Part shown: positions 36,106 through 46,950 of the stretch, piece by piece | Layout: each line of letters opens with the position of its first letter | Numbering within the stretch: the first letter of the stretch is position 1 | Assembly (NCBI GenBank): GCA_038997355.1 | Contig: JAWBAC010000001.1 | Span: 4,820-68,819 of the forward strand | Direction of reading: 5' to 3' | DNA from: Candidatus Aenigmatarchaeota archaeon | GTDB taxonomy: Archaea; Aenigmatarchaeota; Aenigmatarchaeia; CG10238-14; SpSt-28 | Length of the DNA: 64,000 bases | Notes under the pieces: generated by a model | Databases searched by the model: none | What the model saw: only the letters and a program-made list of their open reading frames with translations | Told to the model about the DNA's origin: nothing | Position numbers and translations under genes: made by a program

Positions 36106-37557
36106 ATGAAAGTTAGAAAAGAAGAATACGAAATAATTAATTTATTAAAAAAATTCGAAAGGCTTAGCTTTGAAGAGTTATTAGAAAAAATTAAGTTAAA
36201 AAAAGATCAACTAGAAAGATTATTACAAGAACTAAAAGAAAAAAATCTTATAGAAATAGAAGCCATAGAAAAAAAGTTTTATAGATTAACTGAAGAAGGT
36301 AAAGAATATTTAGAGCAAGGATTACCAGAAAGAAAAGTCTTAGAATTAATCTCTAGCGGAATAACTAATGTTGGGGAACTTTCAACAAAATATAAAAAAG
36401 CAGATATCGGAATTATTTGGTTAAAGAACGATAAACTAATAAGCATTATAAAAGGAGAAGTATCACTAACTGAATTAGGTAAGGAATATTTAAACAAAAA
36501 AATGCCAAAAGAATTGCTTTTAGAAAAATTCAAATATGAAATTTTTGAAGAAGAAATTCAAGAAAAAGAAATTTTGCAAGAATTTTTAAAAAGAAAAATT
36601 GTAGAAGAAAAAATCGATAAAAAAAGATTTATAAAGCTAACTGAAAAAGCTAAAAGCGAAACTTTTGAAATAGCTGAAGAAGAAATTACTCAATTAACTC
36701 CAGAAATTTTGAAAAGAGGCTTATGGAAAGGAAAAGCTTTCAAAAAATATGAATTAGTAAGTGCTGGAAGAATTCATTATGGAAAAATTCACTATTATAA
36801 TAGAATTCTTAACGAAGTTAGAAAGTTTTTAATTTCTAGAGGTTTTCAAGAATTTAAGGGAAAAATTATAGAAATAAACTTTTGGAATTGCGATGCATTA
36901 TTTATGCCAAGCAGACATCCTGCTAGAGATATTCATGACATATTTTTTATAGATACTAATCAACTTGCAGAAATAGATAAAGAAATTTTTGAAAACGTTA
37001 AACAAGCACATTTAGGCAAATATTCTAAAGGCTGGGGATATTTTGATGAAGAATTAGCAAAAAAATACATATTAAGAAGTCATAATACTTCAATAAGTGC
37101 AAGAGTTCTTTATAAAATAAGTAAAAAAGAAGTTGACATTCCTTTAAAAATGTTTGCAATAGATAGAGTTTTTAGACCAGATACAATAGATGCAAGACAT
37201 TTCATAGAATTCGATCAGTTAGAAGGAATTGTTGTTGACGAAAACATAAACTTCAGCAATTTATTGTATACTTTAAAAGAGTTAGTAGAAATTTTTGGAA
37301 GTAAAGAAGTGAAATTTAAGCCAGCATACTTTCCGTTTACTGAACCAAGTGTTGAAGTTTTTGTAAAAATTGGTAATAAATATGTAGAAGTTGGTGGTGC
37401 AGGAATTTTTAGAGAAGAAGTTGTAAAACCATTCAACATAGATGTGCCGGTTTTAGCATGGGGAATAGGTATTGGAAGGTTAGTTATGCTAAAAACAGGA
37501 ATAGATGATATAAGAAATATAATGTCTTCAGACATAGAATTTTTAAGAAATATGTAA
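36106..37557 (+). CDS. pheS: Phenylalanyl-tRNA synthetase alpha subunit
   Basis: FWNCDALF..HPARD, RVFRPD.IDARH..EFDQLEG, YFPFTEPS and GAGIFR motifs. Confidence 0.97.
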   Translation: MKVRKEEYEIINLLKKFERLSFEELLEKIKLKKDQLERLLQELKEKNLIEIEAIEKKFYRLTEEGKEYLEQGLPERKVLELISSGITNVGELSTKYKKADIGIIWLKNDKLISIIKGEVSLTELGKEYLNKKMPKELLLEKFKYEIFEEEIQEKEILQEFLKRKIVEEKIDKKRFIKLTEKAKSETFEIAEEEITQLTPEILKRGLWKGKAFKKYELVSAGRIHYGKIHYYNRILNEVRKFLISRGFQEFKGKIIEINFWNCDALFMPSRHPARDIHDIFFIDTNQLAEIDKEIFENVKQAHLGKYSKGWGYFDEELAKKYILRSHNTSISARVLYKISKKEVDIPLKMFAIDRVFRPDTIDARHFIEFDQLEGIVVDENINFSNLLYTLKELVEIFGSKEVKFKPAYFPFTEPSVEVFVKIGNKYVEVGGAGIFREEVVKPFNIDVPVLAWGIGIGRLVMLKTGIDDIRNIMSSDIEFLRNM

Positions 37558-37558
37558 C

Positions 37559-39151
37559 ATGCCAACTTTTGAATTCGATCTAAAAAAATTAAAAGATGAG
37601 TTAAAAATAGAAGAAAACAAAAAGTTAGCTGAAATAATAGAAAGTTTTAAACCAGAAGTCGAAGAAATAAGCGAAAACAAAATTAAAGTTACTATTACTC
37701 CAGATAGATGTGATTTATATTTTGAAGAAGGCTTCATTAAAGCATTAAAAGATTATGTTTTTGGTGGAATGATTAAAAAAGTTGAAATGGAAAATTCTGG
37801 CATAAAAGTTTATTATAAAAATGTTGTTAGATGTAGGCCTTATTTTTCTTGTTTTGTAGTAAAAGATATAAAAATGAATGAAAACTTATTGAAAAAAATT
37901 ATAGAATTTCAAGAAACTTTGCATAAACATTTAGGTAGAAACAGAAAATTGGTTGCAATAGGAATTCACGATTTAGATAAAATAGAAGGAAGTATTAGAT
38001 ATTCTGAAGCATTACCTAACGAAAAAATGATTCCATTAACTTATGGTTCTGAATTAACTTTAAAAGAAATTTTGGAAATAACTGATAAAGGAAAAGAATA
38101 TGGAAAATTGATTTATGAACCTTATCCAGCAATCTATGATGAAAAATCTATAATATCTTTTCCACCAATATTAAACTCAGAAAAAACAAAGTTAACAACT
38201 AGCACAAAAAACATTTTCGTAGATATTACTGGCACAGATCAAAGAGTTGTAGAAATAGCAACAAAGCTTTTAATTTATTTCTTTTCCTTTGTTGGCATAC
38301 CTCAAAAAGTTTATCTTAACGATGAAGAATTTCCAAAAATAGAAAATGAAATAGTTAGAATTAAAAGAAGTGAAGTTGAAAAATTCTTAGGAATTAAACT
38401 TTCTGTTGCAGATATTAAAAACTTGCTAGAAAGAATGGGCTATGAATGCATAACATTAAACGAAGAAGATATAGATGTTGTAGTTCCTTTCTATAGGGTT
38501 GATATATTGCACAAATACGATATTTTTGAAGATATTGCAATTGCATATGGATATAATAACATAGAGTTAAAGTCCTTAAAAGTTTATACTCCTGGAAAAA
38601 TTCATGAAAGAGAAGAGTTAGAAAATAAAATTAGAGAAGTTTTGATTGGAATGAAATTTTTAGAAATAATTACTCCAACATTAATTAGTAAAAAAGTTTT
38701 GGAAAAATCAAAAATAAAAGATGTTACAACTAAGGTTTTAAATCCAGTAAGCGAAGAATATGAATATTTAAGGAATTATTTGTTTCCAAGCACTTTACTT
38801 TTCTTATCTAAGAACATTGCAAAAGAATATCCACAAAATGTTTTTGAAATAGGTTATGTAGTAAAGAACTTAGATGAATACAGACATTTATGCATTGCTT
38901 TATGCTATGAAAATTCTAATTTAGCAGAAATGTTATCGATAATAGAAGAATTGTTCAAAAACTTAAATTTAAAAGTTAGATTTGAAGAAAGTAATTTAGA
39001 ATATTTTATTCAAGGAAGACAAGCATACATAATAGCTAATGAAAAAATTGTTGGATTTGTTGGAGAAGTTCATCCAGAAATATTAGAGAATTTTGAAATA
39101 TTCATGCCAATTACTTTAGCCGAAATAAACCTTTCAGAAATTTTGAGTTAA
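37559..39151 (+). CDS. pheT: Phenylalanyl-tRNA synthetase beta subunit
   Basis: GRNRKLVAIGIHD, SFPPILNS, RVDILH..DIFEDIAIAYGY and GEVHP motifs. Confidence 0.96.
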   Translation: MPTFEFDLKKLKDELKIEENKKLAEIIESFKPEVEEISENKIKVTITPDRCDLYFEEGFIKALKDYVFGGMIKKVEMENSGIKVYYKNVVRCRPYFSCFVVKDIKMNENLLKKIIEFQETLHKHLGRNRKLVAIGIHDLDKIEGSIRYSEALPNEKMIPLTYGSELTLKEILEITDKGKEYGKLIYEPYPAIYDEKSIISFPPILNSEKTKLTTSTKNIFVDITGTDQRVVEIATKLLIYFFSFVGIPQKVYLNDEEFPKIENEIVRIKRSEVEKFLGIKLSVADIKNLLERMGYECITLNEEDIDVVVPFYRVDILHKYDIFEDIAIAYGYNNIELKSLKVYTPGKIHEREELENKIREVLIGMKFLEIITPTLISKKVLEKSKIKDVTTKVLNPVSEEYEYLRNYLFPSTLLFLSKNIAKEYPQNVFEIGYVVKNLDEYRHLCIALCYENSNLAEMLSIIEELFKNLNLKVRFEESNLEYFIQGRQAYIIANEKIVGFVGEVHPEILENFEIFMPITLAEINLSEILS

Positions 39152-39166
39152 AAAATAAAGTATATT

Positions 39167-39642
39167 ATGGAAGAGAAACTTTTAGAAAGGGCTAAAAAGT
39201 TTTTAAAAGAAGCAGAAGATGATATTAAAAAAGAGTTTTATGATTTAGCTATTTTTCATTTAGAGTAAGCACTACAACTTTTAATAAAATATATTTTAGC
39301 TGAAGAAGTTAAAAAAGTTAAACCAGATTTAGCAAAATTTTTGAAGAAAAATGAAAATTTTCTATTAGAATTAGAAAGAACTTATATTGTGCTAGATTTT
39401 TTAACTTTGTAAAGAAAGTTTTTGAAAAATGGGCATAGAAATTGCATTAGATATACAATTCATAGCGATTTAGATGTTTTAGTAATTAGTAAAAATGCTG
39501 AAAAAGTTAAATATGAAGATGTAATTCAAAGAGTTGAAAAAATTATAAAGAAAAATTAATTGGAGTTGAAATTCATTTAGTAACTCCTGAAATTTTTGAA
39601 AAATGGTATAAAAGATTTTTAGATTATTACGAAGAGCTTTAA
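39167..39642 (+). pseudogene. Degraded HEPN plus minimal nucleotidyltransferase (MNT) pair
   Basis: HEPN-like FYDLAIFHLE*ALQLLIKYIL with TAA at 39266-39268, then frameshifted MNT-like HSDLDVLVIS...EIHLVTPEIFEKWYKRFLD. Confidence 0.8.
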
Positions 39643-39938
39643 AAATAAGTAAACAAGGCATAAAGTATTATTGCTAAGATTATTCCTAAGGCAATCACTA
39701 AGAAAATGTTTTTAATTAGCCAAATAAAAACAATTATTGCTAAAATTATTAGAGCTATGTATAAAATATTTTTTGTTGTTTGATCTAAGGATTTTAAAAA
39801 GTTTCCAACTAAATTTTCTAAACCCAATGTTTTAAAAATAAAATTTCCAACATAGTTAGAAAACTCTTTTAAAATATCCAAAAATTGAAAATTTAAATTT
39901 TCCAAAATCAATAAAAATATTAATGCTATTTGAATCAT
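39639..39938 (-). CDS. Small membrane protein
   Basis: Hydrophobic 99-aa ORF. Confidence 0.6.
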   Translation of the reverse strand: MIQIALIFLLILENLNFQFLDILKEFSNYVGNFIFKTLGLENLVGNFLKSLDQTTKNILYIALIILAIIVFIWLIKNIFLVIALGIILAIILYALFTYF

Positions 39939-40459
39939 ACAAAATATAATTTTTTATCTATAAATACAAATGCTTTTCCTCCCTTATGTAAAGGAATTTT
40001 CCAAAACTCTTTCAAACCATATTCATCTAAATTCTTTCCGTCGTAATTAACAACTTCAGCAATATAGAGAGCTACTTCTACAACATCGATTTTATTTATA
40101 ACTTTTGCTTCTAAAAATGCCAAAGAATTTTCTAATATCGGTACATCTAATATTTTGCCTCTAATAACTTTTAAATTGAATTCTTTTACTTTATTTATTT
40201 CTTTTCCGCTTGTTGTTCCTAATTTCCAGATTAAATTTATATCATCGATCAAATTTACTGAAAATTGTTTATATTTTTCGATTAATTGATAAGTGTATTG
40301 CTCTTTATCGCAAGCCAAACATATAGATGGAATGTCTTCAGCAACAGGCATTACCCAGCTTGCTGCCATAAAGTTTATTTCGTTATTATTAAAACTTCCC
40401 GAACCTATTACATATACTGGCCTTGGATGTAGAAGATAGTAAAATTTTTTAGGAAGCAT
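39935..40459 (-). CDS. Flavin reductase-like protein
   Basis: LLHPRPV, NFMAASW, FSVN, GTTSGK..NK and LEAKV motifs. Confidence 0.88.
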   Translation of the reverse strand: MLPKKFYYLLHPRPVYVIGSGSFNNNEINFMAASWVMPVAEDIPSICLACDKEQYTYQLIEKYKQFSVNLIDDINLIWKLGTTSGKEINKVKEFNLKVIRGKILDVPILENSLAFLEAKVINKIDVVEVALYIAEVVNYDGKNLDEYGLKEFWKIPLHKGGKAFVFIDKKLYFV

Positions 40460-40520
40460 AAAAATTATCTCATATAAAAAGCTTTATTTCTGAAAAATAT
40501 GTAATTATGTAATTCTTCAA

Positions 40521-41990
40521 TTACCTATTTTGTCTAGCTTGTCTTATATATATATCCATGAGAAAATTAACAGCTGCTTCTATCCAGTTTTTCATATCTT
40601 TTAAAGTCCTTTTAGTTTCTTCATCGACCTTTACACCTTGTTCTTCTATTATTCGAAGAACTGTATTGACTGCGTTTAATAATGAGTTTAATCTTTCTAA
40701 TGCAGTATTAACACTACCTTCTAGCTGTTGTAATTTGTCTTTGTGTTCATCAAATGCAGCACGGATTTGAGAAATCACTGGTTGAATATCCGTCTGAAAG
40801 ACATTCTTAATTGCTGATACAACATTACTTACATATTCTTTATCAAGTTTTTGAACAGATTGAGCTAAACTATTAAGATTTCTTTCCATACTCTCTAGTC
40901 TCGGTAGGAGCCTCTCTTCTATCGATTTTTGTATATCACTCATCAATTTCAAAAGAGTTTGTTGTTCAATAACCTTAATTTTACTAATTATTCCATCAAT
41001 TATTCTTTTTGGAATTATGGAAAGAACGGCAGCCATTAAAACAGCTACTCCACCCCACATTCCATAGGCAAACAAGTCAAGTAAGAAATATCCTATCAGC
41101 TGTCTTGCTCCATAAAGTGCTATAATAAATGCCATTACTCTTGTAATATTTTTTCCTAAACCTTGATCGCCTCCAAAGAAAGATGGTAAACCAATAGCAT
41201 TAAATATTCCATAAGTAAAAGCAAACAGAAAAGCAAACGGTAATATCACTGCAAAAATAAGGAAACTTACTTGCGATAATATATCTCTTGGTTTAGCATA
41301 ATAACCTGTCAAAAAACAAGATGTCATCTCTATCCATCCAGCATAAGTTTTGCATGGTGCAAATTCGACGCTTCTAAATTGAATAGGGATATAATTTATA
41401 AAAAGAAATATAGCAACCATAGAAATACCTATAAATATTATCAAAGAACCTAAAGAGGAATATATTTTTGCCATCGTCATCATTGAATCATCACTACCTG
41501 CACTCCTTAATACAGAGAGGTATGCCAAATATTCTAATACACCACCAATTACTACTACAATAAATGCAAAAGCCAAAAACGAATGAATAAACCCAAATCC
41601 AATTAAAAAACTATAAAATGATGGAAGAAATATTGGTGAAAATATTAATAAGAGAGGTATAACATCCCTCCGTAAGAAGAATATTTTTGCTTCCTGATTA
41701 TTAATCTTTTTTGTTATCGGTCTTTTTCCCGTTATAATATCATAAGCAATTTTTGCTATCCATATGAAACCAATAATAGAAAGAATTATGCTAACATAGA
41801 AAATAATGGTTTCTAAAAATTTAGCATCTGGATTTTTGACAAGATCAGCAATTTTAGCTTTAACTTCTTCAGGAGTGGTTTGTGAAAATGCAATAAAATT
41901 AATAATTAGAACAAATGCTAAAAATAAAACGATTAGAGTTTTTATAATGTCTAATCTCAAACTACCTTTAAACATAAAATTATTACCCAT
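40521..41990 (-). CDS. Polytopic membrane protein with C-terminal coiled coil
   Basis: About 8 hydrophobic segments followed by a heptad-rich tail. Confidence 0.7.
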   Translation of the reverse strand: MGNNFMFKGSLRLDIIKTLIVLFLAFVLIINFIAFSQTTPEEVKAKIADLVKNPDAKFLETIIFYVSIILSIIGFIWIAKIAYDIITGKRPITKKINNQEAKIFFLRRDVIPLLLIFSPIFLPSFYSFLIGFGFIHSFLAFAFIVVVIGGVLEYLAYLSVLRSAGSDDSMMTMAKIYSSLGSLIIFIGISMVAIFLFINYIPIQFRSVEFAPCKTYAGWIEMTSCFLTGYYAKPRDILSQVSFLIFAVILPFAFLFAFTYGIFNAIGLPSFFGGDQGLGKNITRVMAFIIALYGARQLIGYFLLDLFAYGMWGGVAVLMAAVLSIIPKRIIDGIISKIKVIEQQTLLKLMSDIQKSIEERLLPRLESMERNLNSLAQSVQKLDKEYVSNVVSAIKNVFQTDIQPVISQIRAAFDEHKDKLQQLEGSVNTALERLNSLLNAVNTVLRIIEEQGVKVDEETKRTLKDMKNWIEAAVNFLMDIYIRQARQNR

Positions 41991-42066
41991 TATAAAATAT
42001 TTATTTTATCTTTCGTATATACTAAAAACAAACCAAAATATATAAGTTTATTGCTGATTTAATTAT

Positions 42067-42327
42067 ATGGACTACCAAAAAATAATATTATATCCATACC
42101 AAACAGAAAAAGCAATAAGATTAGCCCAAAAAGAGAATAAATTAGTTTTCGTTGTTGATAGAAGAGCTAACAAATTACAAATTAAAGAAGCTATTGAAAA
42201 ATGGTTAAATGTTAAAGTTGAAAAAGTAAATACATTAATAACCAAAAAAGGGTTAAAAAAAGCATATGTGAAATTAAAAAAAGAATATAATGCCAATGAA
42301 ATTTTAGCAAAACTAGGAGTTATTTAA
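42067..42327 (+). CDS. rpl23: 50S ribosomal protein uL23
   Basis: TEKA...[19 protein letters not shown]...[17 protein letters not shown]. Confidence 0.96.
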   Translation: MDYQKIILYPYQTEKAIRLAQKENKLVFVVDRRANKLQIKEAIEKWLNVKVEKVNTLITKKGLKKAYVKLKKEYNANEILAKLGVI

Positions 42328-42415
42328 ATCTAAATTAAATTTATTGCTATTCTTTGAATTTTGAAAAATTATGAAATTGTTTCGTTTTAGTAAGAGACAA
42401 GGAAAAAGATTATTC

Positions 42416-42487
42416 GGCCCGGCCCGGGATTCGAACCCGGCCTAGGGGCTCCACAGGCCCCTGTGCTGCCGCTACACCAACCGGGCC
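42416..42487 (-). tRNA. tRNA-His(GTG) with genomically encoded G-1
   Basis: GGGGC-CT-GTG-GA-GCCCC; G-1:C73 pair. Confidence 0.93.
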
Positions 42488-42533
42488 ATAATAAAATTAA
42501 CAAAAATTTAATTTTTTGAACTAAACTTATTAA

Positions 42534-43793
42534 ATGATAGAACTGGTAGAAACAATATTAACAATAATACTTATTCCTTTAGTATCAATACAAATTTCTT
42601 GGATTATTTTAATATTTCTTTCCTTTTTCAAAAAACCAAAAACAAAAGAAATTAAAAACTTGCCAAAAATAACAATATTAATTCCAGCACACAATGAAGA
42701 AAAAAATTTACCAGAACTAATAGAAAATCTAAATTCCTTAGATTATCCAAAAAATAAAATAGAAATCCTTATAATAGAAAATGGTAGTAGCGACAATACA
42801 TATAAAGTTGCAAAAGAATTAGAAAAAAAATATAAAAACGTAAAGGCATATCACTTAAAAATAAGCAACAAAAGTATTGCATTGAATTTTGGATTAGAAA
42901 AAACAAAAAGTGAATACGTATTAATATTGGATGCAGATACAAGATTAGAAAAAGATTCATTGAAAAATTCATTAAAATACTTTGTAGATAATGTTGCTGG
43001 AGTAACTTTTTCTATTAGAGTTAAAAACAAAAACAAAATTATTGCATACTTTCAAAATGCTGAGTATATGTTTTCAAATTTATTAAGAAAGGGATTAAAC
43101 TTATTAAAAGAAGGTAGCGTATATATTTGGGGATGCGCAATAATTTATAAAACGAAAATACTAAAAAAAGTAAAGTTTAGAGAACTAGCAACAGAAGATA
43201 TAGATACAAACTTAAGAATTCAATCCTTGGGTTATAAAATAATTTACGCAGAAGATTGCATAGGTTATACTGAAGTTCCTGAAAAATTAAAAAACTTTGT
43301 AAAACAAAGATTAAGATGGTATTCAAACTCTTTTTTAATATTAGATACATACGTTTCTAATTTTAATAAAATGAATAAAAGTCTAAAATATTATTCTGTA
43401 CCATTTTTAATTTTCTTTTGGTTGCCTTTCTCTTTCATAGTATTACCTCTAAATGCCTATTCAATAAGTTATTGGCTCCAATATCAAAAAACCTTGGAAG
43501 ATTATATTATTTATTTTATTAATTGGTTTTCGTTTTTCGGAATAATTAACGGAATTTATAAAGTTTATATTGGAGAATGGATTTTAAAGCCTATAATGAT
43601 TTTTGGATATGCAAGTGGAATAATTACATTTTTCTTAATAATCTTTGCGCTTATATACTATAAACAATTAAATCCAAAAAACTTTTTATTACCAATTTTT
43701 TCTTTTCCATACTTCTTTTTCATAAACTTACTTTATGTAATTTCTTTCATAATCTTTTTAGTAAAATCTAACAAAATGCCCTGGCTAAGATAA
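42534..43793 (+). CDS. Processive GT2 glycosyltransferase
   Basis: IPAHNEE, LDAD, TED and QRLRW motifs; TM segments. Confidence 0.9.
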   Translation: MIELVETILTIILIPLVSIQISWIILIFLSFFKKPKTKEIKNLPKITILIPAHNEEKNLPELIENLNSLDYPKNKIEILIIENGSSDNTYKVAKELEKKYKNVKAYHLKISNKSIALNFGLEKTKSEYVLILDADTRLEKDSLKNSLKYFVDNVAGVTFSIRVKNKNKIIAYFQNAEYMFSNLLRKGLNLLKEGSVYIWGCAIIYKTKILKKVKFRELATEDIDTNLRIQSLGYKIIYAEDCIGYTEVPEKLKNFVKQRLRWYSNSFLILDTYVSNFNKMNKSLKYYSVPFLIFFWLPFSFIVLPLNAYSISYWLQYQKTLEDYIIYFINWFSFFGIINGIYKVYIGEWILKPIMIFGYASGIITFFLIIFALIYYKQLNPKNFLLPIFSFPYFFFINLLYVISFIIFLVKSNKMPWLR

Positions 43794-43794
43794 A

Positions 43795-45075
43795 CTAAAT
43801 ATCCTCGTACTTTTTAGCTTCTCTTTCACTTAAATACTTTTTCATCGTCTCAAAATTTCCAATTTTTGGTGTTTTAATCCAATAATAGTTATTAGTAAAC
43901 AATGCCCTAATGAAATAAATTGAGTTATTTATTGCAGTTATTGGGCCTAAAAACAAACAAAGCATTATAGTTTCTAATGGGCTAGAAATTTTTTCTCTAA
44001 TAGAAACAAAAATACTTAAAACAATAAAACCACTTGTTAATGCAAAAATAGTAAAAAATCTGATTACATCTTCTAGTGTTATTGGTTTTGGAGAACCTGT
44101 TAACCAAGCTATTGAAGAAAAAATAAATGATAACGCAGCAATTAAAGAAAACGAATAAAATATTATTGGAGAAAAAATTATAAGTCTCTGTAACATGGAA
44201 AAGTTCTTATTACTCATTATTTCTCTAATGTTTTCTATTAAGCTCCTTGTAATTCCAAAAACCCATCTTCTTTGTTGTCTAAGAAAATGATATAACTTTG
44301 TTGGAACTTCTCCTTTTGCTTCAAAATTGTATAAATACAAAACTTTATAACCTTTTGCTAATAGTTTGATGCTTAAATCGAAATCTTCAGTTAAATTATT
44401 AGCATTCCATCCACCAACTTCTCTTAAATATTTAGTTCTTACTGCCATTGCAGTTCCGCCGCCAAAAGCAATAGAGAAAAGACTGTAAATTCTCAAAATA
44501 ATACTATAATGAATTAATTGTAACAGAGACGCAAATTTAGATATGTAATTATTTCTTTTGTTAATGAAATTTTGTTTTGCCTGTACTAATGCAACTTTTT
44601 CGTCTTCAAAATATTTCACTATTTTTTTCAAAAAATTTTTTGGAACTATCCAATCTGCATCGAAAACAACTATTATATCTCCTTTAGTATAATTTAGTGC
44701 ATAATTAAGCGCTCCCGGCTTAAATCCTTCTCTACTATTTCTTCTCAAAATTTTTACTTTGTCTTTATATTTATCTATTATTTTTCTAGTTTTCTCATCT
44801 GTACTATCATCTACAACAATTATTTCATATTTAGATTTTGGATAATCTAATTTTAAACAACTTCTTATACATCTTTCTACTATAGGATCATTATAAACTG
44901 GTATTTGAATTGTCACAAAAGGATAAAATTTTCTGCCAGATAATTTAATTTGGCTTTTATTTCTTAAAAAATATGAAAAAATTAGAAAGAAATAAAACAA
45001 AAAAGATAATAAAATTAATGGATATAAAGTCAAATTATACAAAAATAAACTTATTTCATGTATTTGTTCTTTCAT
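43795..45075 (-). CDS. Processive GT2 glycosyltransferase (cellulose-synthase-like)
   Basis: QIPVYND, DDS, GFKPGALN, FDAD, TEDFD and QQRRW motifs. Confidence 0.92.
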   Translation of the reverse strand: MKEQIHEISLFLYNLTLYPLILLSFLFYFFLIFSYFLRNKSQIKLSGRKFYPFVTIQIPVYNDPIVERCIRSCLKLDYPKSKYEIIVVDDSTDEKTRKIIDKYKDKVKILRRNSREGFKPGALNYALNYTKGDIIVVFDADWIVPKNFLKKIVKYFEDEKVALVQAKQNFINKRNNYISKFASLLQLIHYSIILRIYSLFSIAFGGGTAMAVRTKYLREVGGWNANNLTEDFDLSIKLLAKGYKVLYLYNFEAKGEVPTKLYHFLRQQRRWVFGITRSLIENIREIMSNKNFSMLQRLIIFSPIIFYSFSLIAALSFIFSSIAWLTGSPKPITLEDVIRFFTIFALTSGFIVLSIFVSIREKISSPLETIMLCLFLGPITAINNSIYFIRALFTNNYYWIKTPKIGNFETMKKYLSEREAKKYEDI

Positions 45076-45086
45076 ACTAATATATT

Positions 45087-45716
45087 ATGAAAAACTTTAA
45101 AAAAGTTTTAATTTTTAGCATTGCGTTTTCCTTAATATTTTACATTTTAGGAATAATTAGTGGGATGAAAATTTTCGAGTTCTTTTATTCTAAAAATCTG
45201 GAAAAGTATGAAGAATTAGAAAAGGAATTAACAAACATCAGAAAAAATCTAGAGAGTTATGTTTTTACGAGAGATTGTGAGTATTTAAAAAATTATTTAA
45301 ACTTAATAAAGAAAGAAGTTCAAATATACAGAGAATACTTGCCATATAGATTAGAGAATTTAACAGATATTTATTCTCCTTTTCTAAATGAATATTATAA
45401 AATTCAAGCATTAATTTGGCTAATAGCTAAGGAATATGAAAAATGCAATAAAAACTATAAAACTTTGCTATACTTTATAGATAATAATTGCTCTTCGTGT
45501 ATTAAGCAAGGAGAAGAAATTGATAAAATTAAAGATTATCTTATTTCAAAAAATATAGAAGTAGATATTTTTACAGTTGGAATTAATGTAAATTATCCAT
45601 ACATAAGAAAAATTAAAGAAGAGTTTAATATTTCATCTGCTCCTTCTTTTATTTTTGATTCTACTGTGTTTAATTTTATTACTTTTGAAGATTTTATAAA
45701 TATAACTAAAATCTAG
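45087..45716 (+). CDS. Membrane-anchored thioredoxin-like protein
   Basis: N-terminal TM; YF...CSSC..QG...APS. Confidence 0.65.
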   Translation: MKNFKKVLIFSIAFSLIFYILGIISGMKIFEFFYSKNLEKYEELEKELTNIRKNLESYVFTRDCEYLKNYLNLIKKEVQIYREYLPYRLENLTDIYSPFLNEYYKIQALIWLIAKEYEKCNKNYKTLLYFIDNNCSSCIKQGEEIDKIKDYLISKNIEVDIFTVGINVNYPYIRKIKEEFNISSAPSFIFDSTVFNFITFEDFINITKI

Positions 45717-45950
45717 AAAAGATAATAGAAACGAAATAGTAAAAATTTGAATCCATGCAATTAATAAACCAATGTCTCTCAAAACAATAGCACTATAAAG
45801 ATATCTAAACAAAGTGAAAGGATTTAAAAAATTCTGAAAAAAATTTAATAAATATTCTGCTTTTTTCCAGTATAAAAAATCGTTAATAGCAAAAAGAAGA
45901 GAAAAAACAAAATAAAAGATTATAAACCTAAATAGAGTGAATTTGAACAT
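45633..45950 (-). CDS. Small membrane protein
   Basis: Two hydrophobic segments. Confidence 0.5.
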   Translation of the reverse strand: MFKFTLFRFIIFYFVFSLLFAINDFLYWKKAEYLLNFFQNFLNPFTLFRYLYSAIVLRDIGLLIAWIQIFTISFLLSFLDFSYIYKIFKSNKIKHSRIKNKRRSR

Positions 45951-46536
45951 ATTTCTTGGGAATTATTAAAGTTCCTTCACTTACATCTCCTAACTCTTCA
46001 GTCAAACCTTTAAAATGCATATAAGCTATTAATGCGCAAACAGTAGCGTCTAATTCATGCAAATTCTTAATTTCATTTTCGAAGCTAACATACTCTTTTA
46101 AAAAATTTAATATTTTGTCTTTTTCTTTTCTTGGAATACCAAAAATATCATAAAACGCACCAGGAAAAGTTTCTATAACTTTATAACCTAATTTTTCTAG
46201 TTCGTTTTTTAGTTTTATACCTCTTAAAGTTAACATTCTCATAGGTCCTAAGGTTATCGGAAAGAATTTTATTTTATATTTTCTTAACTCTAAATCGCAT
46301 TTTCTGAAATGTATATTATTTTTTTCATTTATATCTCTTCTTCCTTTTGGCAAAGATAATGGAGCATCTATAGCAATTACTATAGGCTTATATTTATCAA
46401 TTTTTTCTAATATTTCTTTATCAGAAAACAAAGAAAATGTTTTAACTTCGAATTTTTTGTTCATTATTGCAAAGCCGCTAATTCTTTTTTCGCTACCAGC
46501 CAAATCTATTCCACAAAAAATTAGCTTTCTGTGCAT
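45928..46536 (-). CDS. DUF429 family (RNase H-like) protein
   Basis: GIDLAG, IAIDAPLSLP, RKCD, IETFPG and HELDA motifs. Confidence 0.88.
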   Translation of the reverse strand: MHRKLIFCGIDLAGSEKRISGFAIMNKKFEVKTFSLFSDKEILEKIDKYKPIVIAIDAPLSLPKGRRDINEKNNIHFRKCDLELRKYKIKFFPITLGPMRMLTLRGIKLKNELEKLGYKVIETFPGAFYDIFGIPRKEKDKILNFLKEYVSFENEIKNLHELDATVCALIAYMHFKGLTEELGDVSEGTLIIPKKYVQIHSI

Positions 46537-46943
46537 ATTATTGGCGAGTTGATGCTTGCTTTACATAATTCTTTTATTAAATTTTCTTCTGTTAAATTAA
46601 AAATGCTTCCTTCATATATAGGAGAAATAATTATTGCTTGAGAAACATTTCTCTTTACTAAGAAAAAATAAACATCATTATAAAATGTTTTCGAAATGTT
46701 TTCATAGTATTCTTTGCTACTGAATTCATTAGAGTAAACAATAGCTACTATTTTACCTTTATTTATAATTTCTCTCAAAATTTCTGTGCTTGGTTCTTCA
46801 TAAATAACTCTATCCTTTATTTTCTCAGAATATCCATAAATTCCTATATTTAAAGTTAAATATCCAGAAAAAATCGATAAAATAAGCAATGCCTCCGCTA
46901 TTATTATTCCTGCTATCAACCAAATTTTTGTATTTTTCTTCAT
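46521..46943 (-). CDS. Hypothetical membrane-anchored protein
   Basis: N-terminal TM; C-terminal Cys pair. Confidence 0.6.
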   Translation of the reverse strand: MKKNTKIWLIAGIIIAEALLILSIFSGYLTLNIGIYGYSEKIKDRVIYEEPSTEILREIINKGKIVAIVYSNEFSSKEYYENISKTFYNDVYFFLVKRNVSQAIIISPIYEGSIFNLTEENLIKELCKASINSPIICTES

Positions 46944-46950
46944 AATATTT

